Positions 1 to 8,655 of a stretch of DNA of 64,000 bases are shown piece by piece (the first letter of the stretch is position 1; each line of letters opens with the position of its first letter). The notes under the pieces are model-generated. The model worked only from the letters and a program-made list of their open reading frames with translations, was not told where the DNA came from and ran no database searches. The translations under genes were made by a program, and so were the position numbers. The stretch lies in the sequence record NC_042116.1; one strand, given 5' to 3'.

Positions 1-74
1 AATCAGTGCCTTCTCTTTTGACAAATGGATTTGTAAATTTTATTACAGTAAACAACAACAAAGGTAGAAGACGT

Positions 75-1406
75 ATGAGCGAAAACATTAAAACTGATAG
101 TCTAAATTATAACTTAAAACCATCTCAAGTTTTTGAAGCAATGCAAGTTGCAGATATAGTTGGTGATAGTTTAATGATTTGGGGTTCTCCTGGTATTGGT
201 AAATCTGCAATTGCCCGTCAATATGCGAAAGAAATGTATCCATTGTATAAAGACAACGTTGGTCAGTTAGAATTTTTGCTACAACGTGCACAAAATGAAG
301 ATGATACGTTAGTTACTATGAATGATTATTTGGATTTTAAAAATTCATTACTAGATCAAGAAACCAATTTTATTGATTTTCGTTTATCACAGATTGAGCC
401 ATCGGATCTTCGTGGTATTCCAATTCCAGTAAAAATGTATTATGATTTAGCAGGAAATCAGATTCTAGAATCTGAATTAGATAAACATCCAATTTATCAA
501 ACTGATACTTCAGTTGTATGGGCTGCTCCAGATATTCTTAAATTGAATCCTAGCTGGAAAGGTGTAATCTTATTTGATGAAATTAACTCTGCAATGCCAA
601 TTGTTCAAGCTGCTTCATATCAGTTAATTTTAGACCGTTGTGTCGGAGAACTAATACTTCCATCAACTGCATTGATTCTTGCAGCAGGAAACCGTGAAAC
701 TGATGGTGGTGTAACATTTAGTTTAGCAACTCCATTGCGTGACCGAATGACTCACGTAGAAATGATTCCAGACTATATGGATTGGATTGAAAATTATGCA
801 ATTCCTAATCGGCTAAATGCTGGTACTATTGCTTATATTAAAGAAACTGGTTCTAAAAACTTTAATACATTAAGCCCTAAAGATACTAGTCATTCTGGCG
901 GTTCTTCACCACGTTCATGGACTCGTGTATCAGAAATCGAAACAGTACGTAAACAATTAGGTACTTCTTCTCAAGTTTACAAAGCATTAATTGCTGGTCG
1001 AGTTGGTAATATAGCTGCAATTGATTATGTAACTTATATTGAAAATATGGCAGGTCTTCCAGATGTAATGGATATTATGAATGGATTAGTAACTGATTTT
1101 AGTGAACATGTTGAAGAAATATCAAAAAATTATTTCATTGTATTAAATTTAGTATATAAAATTATTGAATTTTTCAGTAAAAAAGTTGAAGGTTCTATTA
1201 CATTAGAACAATGGCGTTCTTATTGTACAAATTTCTTAACGTTTATCGATACTAATTTTGCTTCAACACAAACTGAATTAATTGTTCATGCAGTTCGAAC
1301 TTTCACTGACGCAAATGTTAATATTTCATATGCAGAAGTTCCAGTGTTTAAATCGTTTGTTACCAAATATGGTCCATTACTACGTAAGTGCCGAACAATA
1401 AAATAA
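75..1406 (+). CDS. MoxR-like AAA+ ATPase
   Basis: Walker A GSPGIGKS, DLRGIP, Walker B ILFDEIN, LRDRMTH; adjacent to a VWA gene. Start moved to MSENIK (ATG 75, AAGGTAG upstream). Confidence 0.85.
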   Translation: MSENIKTDSLNYNLKPSQVFEAMQVADIVGDSLMIWGSPGIGKSAIARQYAKEMYPLYKDNVGQLEFLLQRAQNEDDTLVTMNDYLDFKNSLLDQETNFIDFRLSQIEPSDLRGIPIPVKMYYDLAGNQILESELDKHPIYQTDTSVVWAAPDILKLNPSWKGVILFDEINSAMPIVQAASYQLILDRCVGELILPSTALILAAGNRETDGGVTFSLATPLRDRMTHVEMIPDYMDWIENYAIPNRLNAGTIAYIKETGSKNFNTLSPKDTSHSGGSSPRSWTRVSEIETVRKQLGTSSQVYKALIAGRVGNIAAIDYVTYIENMAGLPDVMDIMNGLVTDFSEHVEEISKNYFIVLNLVYKIIEFFSKKVEGSITLEQWRSYCTNFLTFIDTNFASTQTELIVHAVRTFTDANVNISYAEVPVFKSFVTKYGPLLRKCRTIK

Positions 1407-1413
1407 TTATAAT

Positions 1414-1436
1414 AAGGGACATTTTATATGTCCCTT
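1414..1436 (+). terminator. Hairpin between the AAA and VWA genes
   Basis: AAGGGACAT/ATGTCCCTT 9-bp stem with a short T tail. Confidence 0.5.
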
Positions 1437-1455
1437 TAATTGTATGAGAGGTTAT

Positions 1456-2772
1456 ATGAATACACCATATGTTGTATCAAAAGAATATGCTGATGAATGT
1501 CATGATAGAATTATAGTTGCTCGAACTTCAATGATAATGGGATGTCCATTTTTTGGAATACTTGCAGCTAGATTAAAATTAGTACCAAATAATACATGGT
1601 GCCGTACTTTAGCGGTTGATGGAAAACATTTATATTATAATGTTGAATTTATCATGGGTATTGAAGATCCATTACGCCGACAAGAATATGAAGATAAACT
1701 TAAAACTACAATTGATGATTTAACTACCGAACAAATTAAAGATGCATTGGATGGATTGAGTCATCAGAATTTAGTTGCAGCTATATGTCATGAAATTCTT
1801 CATTGTGCATATAATCATTTTTTACGCCGTGGATCTCGTAATCCAAAAAAATGGAATAAAGCTGCTGATTATGCAATTAATCAAATTATCAATCGCGATA
1901 AGAAAATGGGATTAATTAAAAAATCATGGCTATATAATTCTGATTATGAAGGTAAAGCTGCGGAAGAAATTTATAATATTTTAGAAGAACTAGGTGATAG
2001 TGATGGTGGCGGTGGTGGCACATTAGACCAACACGATATTCCACAACAGGACTCTAATGATAATGAAGATGAATCTGTTCCAAAATTTACTAAAGATGAA
2101 TTAGAATCATTTATGGATTCTTTTAAAGATGCAATGTTAAGTGCAGCTTTAGCCGATGGTGCACCTAAAGAAATTCGAGATATGATTGAAGAGTTTAAAA
2201 CTCCAACAATTGATTGGCGTTCAAAATTAAACAGAACTATCAGATCTTTGATTAAAAATGACGTATCATATATGATGCCAAGTCGTAGATCATGGAGCAC
2301 CGGATTTGGGAGTACTGGATCATATTATGGTTCTCCTATATATCCAGGATTAAAACCAGATTTAGATATTGATATATGCGTAGCATTAGATGCATCTGGT
2401 AGTATCAGTACTGAAATGTTAAAAGACTTCTTATCTGAAGTTATTGGGATGACTAAACAATTTAGTCAATTCAAAATTAGAATTCTTACTTTTGATACTT
2501 CTGTTTATACTGTACGAGATTATGTAACTGGAGAAGAAAAGAAGATTCTAGAATATCCAGTTGTCGGCGGTGGCGGCACGTTGTTTACTGCGGTATATGA
2601 TTATATGAAAAATGATAATTATTGTCCTAAGCAATTAGTTATGTTTACTGATGGTGAACCGTGGGGTTCTTGGGGAGATAGTAATTATTGTGAAACCTTA
2701 TTTGTAATTCATTCTAATCCAAAAAAAGAAGCCCCTTTCGGCACTACTGTGCATTATAATATTGGTGAATAA
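1456..2772 (+). CDS. DUF2201-type metallopeptidase-VWA protein (MoxR partner)
   Basis: HEILH zinc motif; C-terminal VWA MIDAS DASGS...GGGT...FTDG. Start 1456 follows GAGAGG. Confidence 0.85.
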   Translation: MNTPYVVSKEYADECHDRIIVARTSMIMGCPFFGILAARLKLVPNNTWCRTLAVDGKHLYYNVEFIMGIEDPLRRQEYEDKLKTTIDDLTTEQIKDALDGLSHQNLVAAICHEILHCAYNHFLRRGSRNPKKWNKAADYAINQIINRDKKMGLIKKSWLYNSDYEGKAAEEIYNILEELGDSDGGGGGTLDQHDIPQQDSNDNEDESVPKFTKDELESFMDSFKDAMLSAALADGAPKEIRDMIEEFKTPTIDWRSKLNRTIRSLIKNDVSYMMPSRRSWSTGFGSTGSYYGSPIYPGLKPDLDIDICVALDASGSISTEMLKDFLSEVIGMTKQFSQFKIRILTFDTSVYTVRDYVTGEEKKILEYPVVGGGGTLFTAVYDYMKNDNYCPKQLVMFTDGEPWGSWGDSNYCETLFVIHSNPKKEAPFGTTVHYNIGE

Positions 2773-2785
2773 CTATAATAAATAA

Positions 2786-2808
2786 AAGGTCACCATTATG
2801 GTGGCCTT
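2786..2808 (+). terminator. Intrinsic terminator
   Basis: AAGGTCACCA-TTA-TGGTGGCCTT followed by ATTCTTTT. Confidence 0.65.
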
Positions 2809-2815
2809 ATTCTTT

Positions 2816-2844
2816 TGGAACAGGCCATAATTTTATGGTATAAT
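2816..2844 (+). promoter_or_regulatory. Hybrid promoter A (TGGAAC-N17-TATAAT, extended TG)
   Basis: TGGAAC 2816-2821, TGG-TATAAT 2836-2844; same geometry at four other sites. Confidence 0.8.
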
Positions 2845-2878
2845 ATATATAATTAAAAAATACATGGAGTGTATAATT

Positions 2879-3109
2879 ATGAGTAATGAAGTTGAATTTA
2901 ACAGTGATGTTGTTGGCCCACAATTAGAATTCATTGATATTATCAATGCTACAAAAATCATGGAAGCCGCGATTGAACGTAAGGCATTTTCAATTAAAGA
3001 ATTAGGAGAAGTTGCCCCTATTGTAGCACGTTTCCAAGATTTTTCACAAGCAATTCTTGAAGAACAATCTAATTCTCCTGAGATTAAATCAGAAGGAGTT
3101 GCAGAATGA
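2879..3109 (+). CDS. Hypothetical small acidic protein
   Basis: ORF after promoter A; GGAG 2866-2869 favours ATG 2879. Confidence 0.65.
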   Translation: MSNEVEFNSDVVGPQLEFIDIINATKIMEAAIERKAFSIKELGEVAPIVARFQDFSQAILEEQSNSPEIKSEGVAE

Positions 3110-3753
3110 GTATTATTAGACATTGTGGAGTAGTTCGCAGTACTGGATCTCGTGTGTTTGTTGTTTGGCGTCAACTTGAGAATGATTCACGCCATTGTTT
3201 AGTGATTTATCGTGATTCATTACCAGAAGCTTATGTAACTAAAGTATCTGATTTAGTACTTAATCAAGGACAAAGCTCAATTGAACTTTGGGATGTTATT
3301 GATAAAATTGGTACACTTGAAGGTGCTAATATGTTAACCGTTTTACATAAAATGGGTTATATTCGTAAGCAAAGTACTTTAGATATTGATATGCATGTTG
3401 GTGGTAATAATAAAATTCCTTTGAATATTTTAAATGATGAAATTAATTCTGCACCAGAAATGGTTGCTGGAACTGTAAAAGATTTCAATCCATTTAAATC
3501 TCAAAATGTTCAATATCCAGAACAAAATACAGTAGTAACTCATCTATTAGATGATGCAAATAAGTATCAGCAATTAGCTAATGAAAGCTTTGAGCGTGCT
3601 TATAATTTAGATCCAAGTTTACGTCCTCAATCAGTTACTGGTGAAAATAAAGATGATGATTTAATTCATCTAAACATCGATCCTTCAATGTCACAAGCTA
3701 AAGCAATTGAGTTAGTTAAAAAGGCATTAAAGGAACATAAAGATGCAAAATAA
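3106..3753 (+). CDS. Hypothetical phage protein
   Basis: 215-aa ORF with ATGA overlap to the previous stop, in a co-oriented operon. Confidence 0.75.
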   Translation: MSIIRHCGVVRSTGSRVFVVWRQLENDSRHCLVIYRDSLPEAYVTKVSDLVLNQGQSSIELWDVIDKIGTLEGANMLTVLHKMGYIRKQSTLDIDMHVGGNNKIPLNILNDEINSAPEMVAGTVKDFNPFKSQNVQYPEQNTVVTHLLDDANKYQQLANESFERAYNLDPSLRPQSVTGENKDDDLIHLNIDPSMSQAKAIELVKKALKEHKDAK

Positions 3754-4051
3754 AATCACTAGGGAACAAATAATCAATTTGATTATTGAGGAACGCTTAA
3801 AACAAATGAGCAATCCAAATACCTTAGCTGACCATCTTAAAACCAAGAATGATTGGACAGGTTTAGCTGGATATTACTTATTTGAAAGTGCATCTAGACC
3901 TGATAAACATGTTTCTTTTGATGAATTTAGACTATCATTAATTAAAGCAGCAGCAGTAATACTTGCTGCTTTAGAAACAAGTTTTTCATTAGATGACAAT
4001 GATATTAAAGAATTATTATCCAAATTGGAAGATAAAAATGACACTAACTGA
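3743..4051 (+). CDS. Possible MazG-like all-alpha NTP pyrophosphatase-fold protein
   Basis: EERLKQ...NDW...LIKAAAVILAALE resembles phage MazG-like helical proteins; the acidic EExxE motif is not clear. Confidence 0.4.
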   Translation: MQNKITREQIINLIIEERLKQMSNPNTLADHLKTKNDWTGLAGYYLFESASRPDKHVSFDEFRLSLIKAAAVILAALETSFSLDDNDIKELLSKLEDKNDTN

Positions 4052-4625
4052 TATATCAACTATGTTGGATCAGTTCGAAAATGTATGTTTTAGTGGCGGT
4101 GCAGCAGGAGCTGACCGCCTTTTTGGTTTGTGGGCAGCATCAAATGGACATGAAGAAGTCCATTTTTCATTTAAAGGTCATAAATCACATGTACCACCTG
4201 AAACTGTTTTGGAATTACCAATAGATCTATTAACTAGTACGGAAATTGTACAAAAATTAAAAACAGCTAATAAAACACTAGAAAGAAGTGTACCTAAATT
4301 TGGGTACGTATATTATTTGTTAGCTAGAAATAGTATGCAAATTTATAGTTCTGAACGGTTGTATACAATGGGAATACTAGTTTCTCCCTCACAATTGGAT
4401 GGTGGAACTGCATGGGCTGTTCAAATGTACTTAGATCAAGAATCCGAGAATAAAGAAATATATCATTATGATATAGTTGATAAAAAGATATATTCATATG
4501 ATAATATACTAAAACAATTCATAGAAGTGCAATCTGTACCTAAACCACATGGTAAGTGGACAGGTATTGGATCTCGTAAAGCGACCGAAGATGATATGAT
4601 TTCATTTTCTTCTAAATTTGAGTGA
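4038..4625 (+). CDS. SLOG-superfamily (YspA-like) nucleotide-binding protein
   Basis: N-terminal CFSGGAAGAD, later DGGTAWAV and TGIGSR. Start moved to ATG 4038. Confidence 0.6.
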   Translation: MTLTDISTMLDQFENVCFSGGAAGADRLFGLWAASNGHEEVHFSFKGHKSHVPPETVLELPIDLLTSTEIVQKLKTANKTLERSVPKFGYVYYLLARNSMQIYSSERLYTMGILVSPSQLDGGTAWAVQMYLDQESENKEIYHYDIVDKKIYSYDNILKQFIEVQSVPKPHGKWTGIGSRKATEDDMISFSSKFE

Positions 4626-4969
4626 AAACTATGACTGAATTTGAATGTGAAGAGTTTAGACGTGAAATTTACAATGATGGTTATCAAGATGGTTTGGAAT
4701 GGGGCATTGAACGTGGAAATATTGATGGATACCAAAAAGGTTCTGAAGACACACGTAACGAATTGGAATCCGAACATGAAAACCAACTTGAAAAAGAATA
4801 CAAACATGGATTCAATGATGCAGAATCTACGTATTCAAGAGATATAGAAAATATACAATATAATATGGAACAAACTATACATTCGTTAAATTCTAAAATA
4901 TTAGATCTGAAACGAACTATATACAATCTAAGGAAAGAAAATGCAGCAATTACTAGATCTATACAATAA
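4622..4969 (+). CDS. Hypothetical protein with GxxxG (FliH-like) repeats and coiled coil
   Basis: YNDGYQDGLEWGIERGNIDGYQKG; GTGA overlap with the previous gene. Confidence 0.6.
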   Translation: MKTMTEFECEEFRREIYNDGYQDGLEWGIERGNIDGYQKGSEDTRNELESEHENQLEKEYKHGFNDAESTYSRDIENIQYNMEQTIHSLNSKILDLKRTIYNLRKENAAITRSIQ

Positions 4970-5879
4970 AGTTCTTGAATTTGGCGAACTTAGTACTGAT
5001 AGAACCGGTGTTGGTACAATAAAATTAATTTGTCAAACAATGAGATTTAATCTACAAGACGGTTTCCCTGCACCAACAACAAAACGATTAGCATGGAATG
5101 CAATGCTATCAGAGTTGATTTGGTTTATTGAAGGTTCACATGACGAACGTAGATTGTGTGAAATTTTATACGAAACTCGTGATGAATCTAAAAAAACTAT
5201 TTGGACTGCAAACTATCTAAATCAAGGGGTTTCATTGGGATATACTGACGGTGAACTTGGTCCAGTTTATGGTAAACAATGGCGGGAATGGATTGATATT
5301 CAATGTGAACAAAATATTTATGGTCATGATCCTTTAACTTATTTAAATTCTGGTTATGAGCAGATAGGTTATGATGATAAAAGTGATTATTACTTTTATA
5401 AAAGAACTATTGACCAGCTTTCAGTACTTATTGATGGATTAAAGAATGAACCGGATAGTCGTAGACATATTTTAACTTCATGGAACGTAGGTGAATTAGA
5501 TAAGATGTCATTAGCCCCATGTCATGCCTTTTCTCAATTTTTTGTAATAGATGGAAAGCTATCTTGTTCACTATATCAACGTAGTGCTGATTTATTTTTG
5601 GGAGTCCCATTTAATATTGCATCGTATTCTTTGTTAACACATATGTTAGCACAAGTTTGTGGATTAGATGTTGGTGAATTTATTTGGATGGGTGGTGATG
5701 TTCATATCTATCAAAACCACATCGACCAAGTAAAAGAGCAATTACAACGTACCCCACGCGAATTACCTACACTATGGATGGATACCAGTATTACTAATAT
5801 TGAAGATTTTAAAATGGATTCGGTTAGATTGGAAGGATATAATCCAGATGGTGTAATTAAAGCACCTATGGCAGTATGA
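4941..5879 (+). CDS. thyA: Thymidylate synthase
   Basis: DRTGVGT, LGPVYGKQWR, LAPCH catalytic Cys, YQRSADLFLGVPFNIASY, GDVHIYQNH. Confidence 0.97.
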   Translation: MQQLLDLYNKVLEFGELSTDRTGVGTIKLICQTMRFNLQDGFPAPTTKRLAWNAMLSELIWFIEGSHDERRLCEILYETRDESKKTIWTANYLNQGVSLGYTDGELGPVYGKQWREWIDIQCEQNIYGHDPLTYLNSGYEQIGYDDKSDYYFYKRTIDQLSVLIDGLKNEPDSRRHILTSWNVGELDKMSLAPCHAFSQFFVIDGKLSCSLYQRSADLFLGVPFNIASYSLLTHMLAQVCGLDVGEFIWMGGDVHIYQNHIDQVKEQLQRTPRELPTLWMDTSITNIEDFKMDSVRLEGYNPDGVIKAPMAV

Positions 5880-5884
5880 TAATG

Positions 5885-5911
5885 AAAAAGGAGCCATTGG
5901 CTCCTTTTTTT
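5885..5911. terminator. Bidirectional terminator at a convergent junction
   Basis: AAAAAGGAGCC-ATT-GGCTCCTTTTTTT. Confidence 0.8.
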
Positions 5912-7910
5912 ATTGATATTGCACTATTACTCTACCATTAAATCTCAAATCAGGAGTTGATGGTATAGAAATAACTGCATTAGTTGCCGATATTACAATA
6001 CTATCAACATCAACTGGACTGTAATTTGAACCAGTTAATTCTTGCACTGAAATTTGTTGAATATTTGGATTAGATATAGTATAAGTATAATTTGAACCAT
6101 TTAATACCCAATTTGCAATAGTAAATGTAGTAACTACGCCACCACCTGAACCTACCGTTGTCCATGAACCATTTGTTTTTTGAACTACAGTTGCACGTTC
6201 TGTACTATATGCAATCATACCATCAACACCAACGGCATCATCAATTGGATTAAGTACTGGTAGTTGTATTCCGTATCTATTAAATTTAGTACGTAATGCT
6301 GCACCATCATATATTGAAATATCATGGAATGCACCCATATTAAATCGCAATTCAGTAGATGTTTTAGTTATAGTTGCAGTACTTGTTCCTTCAAATGATA
6401 ATACTGCTGCTGGAGAAAAAACTGCACCTAATGCAAAACGATTTGTTGCATTACTGAATAATGTAGTCCCTACAAAAGTACTAGCAGCATTGACAGTTAA
6501 TGTGTCAGTTCCTGCATCCCCTAAAATAGTATTTCCATTAACAGTTGCATTACCTTTCATTAATGTGTTTAGGTCAATAGTATTATTACCATGTATTACT
6601 ACATTACCATCAACTTCTTCGTTTGCATCAATCTTAACAGACCCATGAAAACTACTTAGTGCATTTGTTAATTCAACTTGTACAATATTATTAGTACTAA
6701 AACTGAATGTATTGTTTAATGCAGTAATTCCTAAGTTGTTAGTATTTCCAGTTCCAATAAATTGAACAGTGGCTGCGGTTGCAGGACTTGCTGTATTATA
6801 TTGTATAATTTTTAGTATCTGTGGTTCAACACGAAGTCTTTCAGTACCATTTGAGGTAAAACCAATTGCTCCAGCAATAGGTCTGAAAATACCAGTTTGT
6901 GTATCAGACCATTTACCAGGATCATTTCCTGGATTAGTAATTGGGTCAAATGGATTGGAATTAAACGCAATAGAAGGGGCTGTAGCGGTTCCATATACTA
7001 ACCCTAACCTTCCTTCACCTATTGTTCCATCGTCATACATGGAGTCACCCGTGCGGCGTAATCCATCCATTATAAGGTTATCAATGATAGTCTGAACTGT
7101 TCCGGCTGAACTTAAAAATGATCTATTAGTACTAGTCATTAATGTTCTATCAAAGGTAACTGCCCCTGCACTTATACTAACTCTATTTTGTCTTAATCGT
7201 TGTTGTTTAATGCCATCTGAAATAATCCAATCGCTATCAGATAACGCCAATTCTAATGATCTATCATTAGTATTTGTAAATGCAGCAGTCAGTACTGAAT
7301 CTGTAGCTAATGATAATAATCCTTCATGTCCAGTACTTGGTATATTATCTATAATTATTCTACCAAATGCTGCAACCACAACAAACTGTGATGGTGTAAC
7401 TGGATCAATATCAAAATAATATTTTATTTCAATCCAATTATTAGCAGCACTAGGATTTGTTGGTGTAAAAATAACTGGAGAAGTACTTGGTGTATTTGCT
7501 TTATAATGTGCTTGTGCAGTATCATATAATCCTCTAACAATATAGTATTGTCCAGAATTATCAATAGTTGGTACTGGTAAATTGTCATATTGTCCAGCAA
7601 CAATTGGTGGATCTATATCATCAGTAATTGGAGCATAAGTTCCGATATATTGCATACCGCTAGTCACTGAATCTGGTAATTGAGATGTTAACAATTGACC
7701 ATTTTCATCAAGATTAGCAAATCGACGATAACTAACCGATCCATCATCGAATTCAAGTACACCTTCAAATGCTTTCCATTCTGAGTTGTAGCGGATCATA
7801 CCTTTGCGTTCAGCATAGGTTGTTGTTTTAGTTTGTGCTTTTGGTAATTCTAAGAAATAATTACTATCTAGAACTACACCTTCTGCACCTTTAATTCTAT
7901 ATGCACTCAT
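5910..7910 (-). CDS. Virion fibre/structural protein
   Basis: 666 aa, Thr/Gly/Asn-rich, beta-repeat GNTILGDAGTDTLTVNA shared with the 1545-aa fibre; late promoter upstream. Confidence 0.65.
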   Translation of the reverse strand: MSAYRIKGAEGVVLDSNYFLELPKAQTKTTTYAERKGMIRYNSEWKAFEGVLEFDDGSVSYRRFANLDENGQLLTSQLPDSVTSGMQYIGTYAPITDDIDPPIVAGQYDNLPVPTIDNSGQYYIVRGLYDTAQAHYKANTPSTSPVIFTPTNPSAANNWIEIKYYFDIDPVTPSQFVVVAAFGRIIIDNIPSTGHEGLLSLATDSVLTAAFTNTNDRSLELALSDSDWIISDGIKQQRLRQNRVSISAGAVTFDRTLMTSTNRSFLSSAGTVQTIIDNLIMDGLRRTGDSMYDDGTIGEGRLGLVYGTATAPSIAFNSNPFDPITNPGNDPGKWSDTQTGIFRPIAGAIGFTSNGTERLRVEPQILKIIQYNTASPATAATVQFIGTGNTNNLGITALNNTFSFSTNNIVQVELTNALSSFHGSVKIDANEEVDGNVVIHGNNTIDLNTLMKGNATVNGNTILGDAGTDTLTVNAASTFVGTTLFSNATNRFALGAVFSPAAVLSFEGTSTATITKTSTELRFNMGAFHDISIYDGAALRTKFNRYGIQLPVLNPIDDAVGVDGMIAYSTERATVVQKTNGSWTTVGSGGGVVTTFTIANWVLNGSNYTYTISNPNIQQISVQELTGSNYSPVDVDSIVISATNAVISIPSTPDLRFNGRVIVQYQ

Positions 7911-7941
7911 TAAAATGTCCTCAGATAATGGTTATATTAAC

Positions 7942-7949
7942 TATTTATT
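7942..7949 (-). promoter_or_regulatory. T4-late-like promoter AATAAATA
   Basis: 32 nt upstream of the 7910 start. Confidence 0.6.
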
Positions 7950-7967
7950 CAGTACTTTCAAAAACAA

Positions 7968-7990
7968 AAGGCCAACAAAAAGTTGGCCTT
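7968..7990 (-). terminator. Intrinsic terminator
   Basis: AAGGCCAAC/GTTGGCCTT stem downstream of the 8006 stop. Confidence 0.7.
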
Positions 7991-8005
7991 ATTTTTATTA
8001 ATAAA

Positions 8006-8644
8006 TTATAGTGGTTCATTATCCCATTTTGCAGCAGCACGAATATCTTCATACGTTACTGCGGATTCAATATTGCTTCTAATTTGACGAGACTTAATAT
8101 ATAAGCCTCTAGTAAAATCAGCTAATGCAACAATAAATTGTTTAAACGTTGCTAAATCCATTGGTACTAAAGTTCCGTCAATAGCTTCCCATTGTAAATC
8201 ATTTGGAAAATTGGCATCATCATTTAATGCATATGATAACATTAATTGAATATTAACTCTGCTAGTTGTTCCTGAATCAAAAGTATTACCATTGAATTCA
8301 AAACCAGAATAATACAAATTATCACGCTTGGATTCCACACGACTACGAAAGTCATTGCGAATATCAGCCAATGGCATTAATTCATAAATGTAGGTATTAG
8401 TTACTTCAACTGCCACTTCATCAAATTCAACAGTTTTTTCTTTAAAAATCATAAACTCGCCTGTGTTTAAATAAACATCATTTTGAGTCCAGAATCCTTC
8501 ATCACGGCGAGTATCCAAATCTAATTTAGTAATATCACCATATGTATTTCCAGTTTTGTTACCACGAACGTTAATTGGATAGGTGATTGTTTTAATAATC
8601 ACCCAATCACCACTTTCATTTTTTATTACTGATAGATATATCAT
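8006..8644 (-). CDS. DUF4376-type tail fibre assembly protein
   Basis: C-terminal RDNLYYSGFEFNGNTFDS...WEAIDGTLVPMD...FIVAL pattern; directly after the long fibre gene. Confidence 0.65.
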   Translation of the reverse strand: MIYLSVIKNESGDWVIIKTITYPINVRGNKTGNTYGDITKLDLDTRRDEGFWTQNDVYLNTGEFMIFKEKTVEFDEVAVEVTNTYIYELMPLADIRNDFRSRVESKRDNLYYSGFEFNGNTFDSGTTSRVNIQLMLSYALNDDANFPNDLQWEAIDGTLVPMDLATFKQFIVALADFTRGLYIKSRQIRSNIESAVTYEDIRAAAKWDNEPL

Positions 8645-8655
8645 TTTATCTCCTA

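Noticed and set aside
18-46. Sigma70 promoter TTGACA-N17-TATTAC
   Set aside because: The -10 matches only 4/6 and upstream context is cut by the window edge; left uncalled.
4866-4894. Sixth TGGAAC promoter candidate
   Set aside because: Inside an ORF and no TATAAT at 17 nt (AATTCT).
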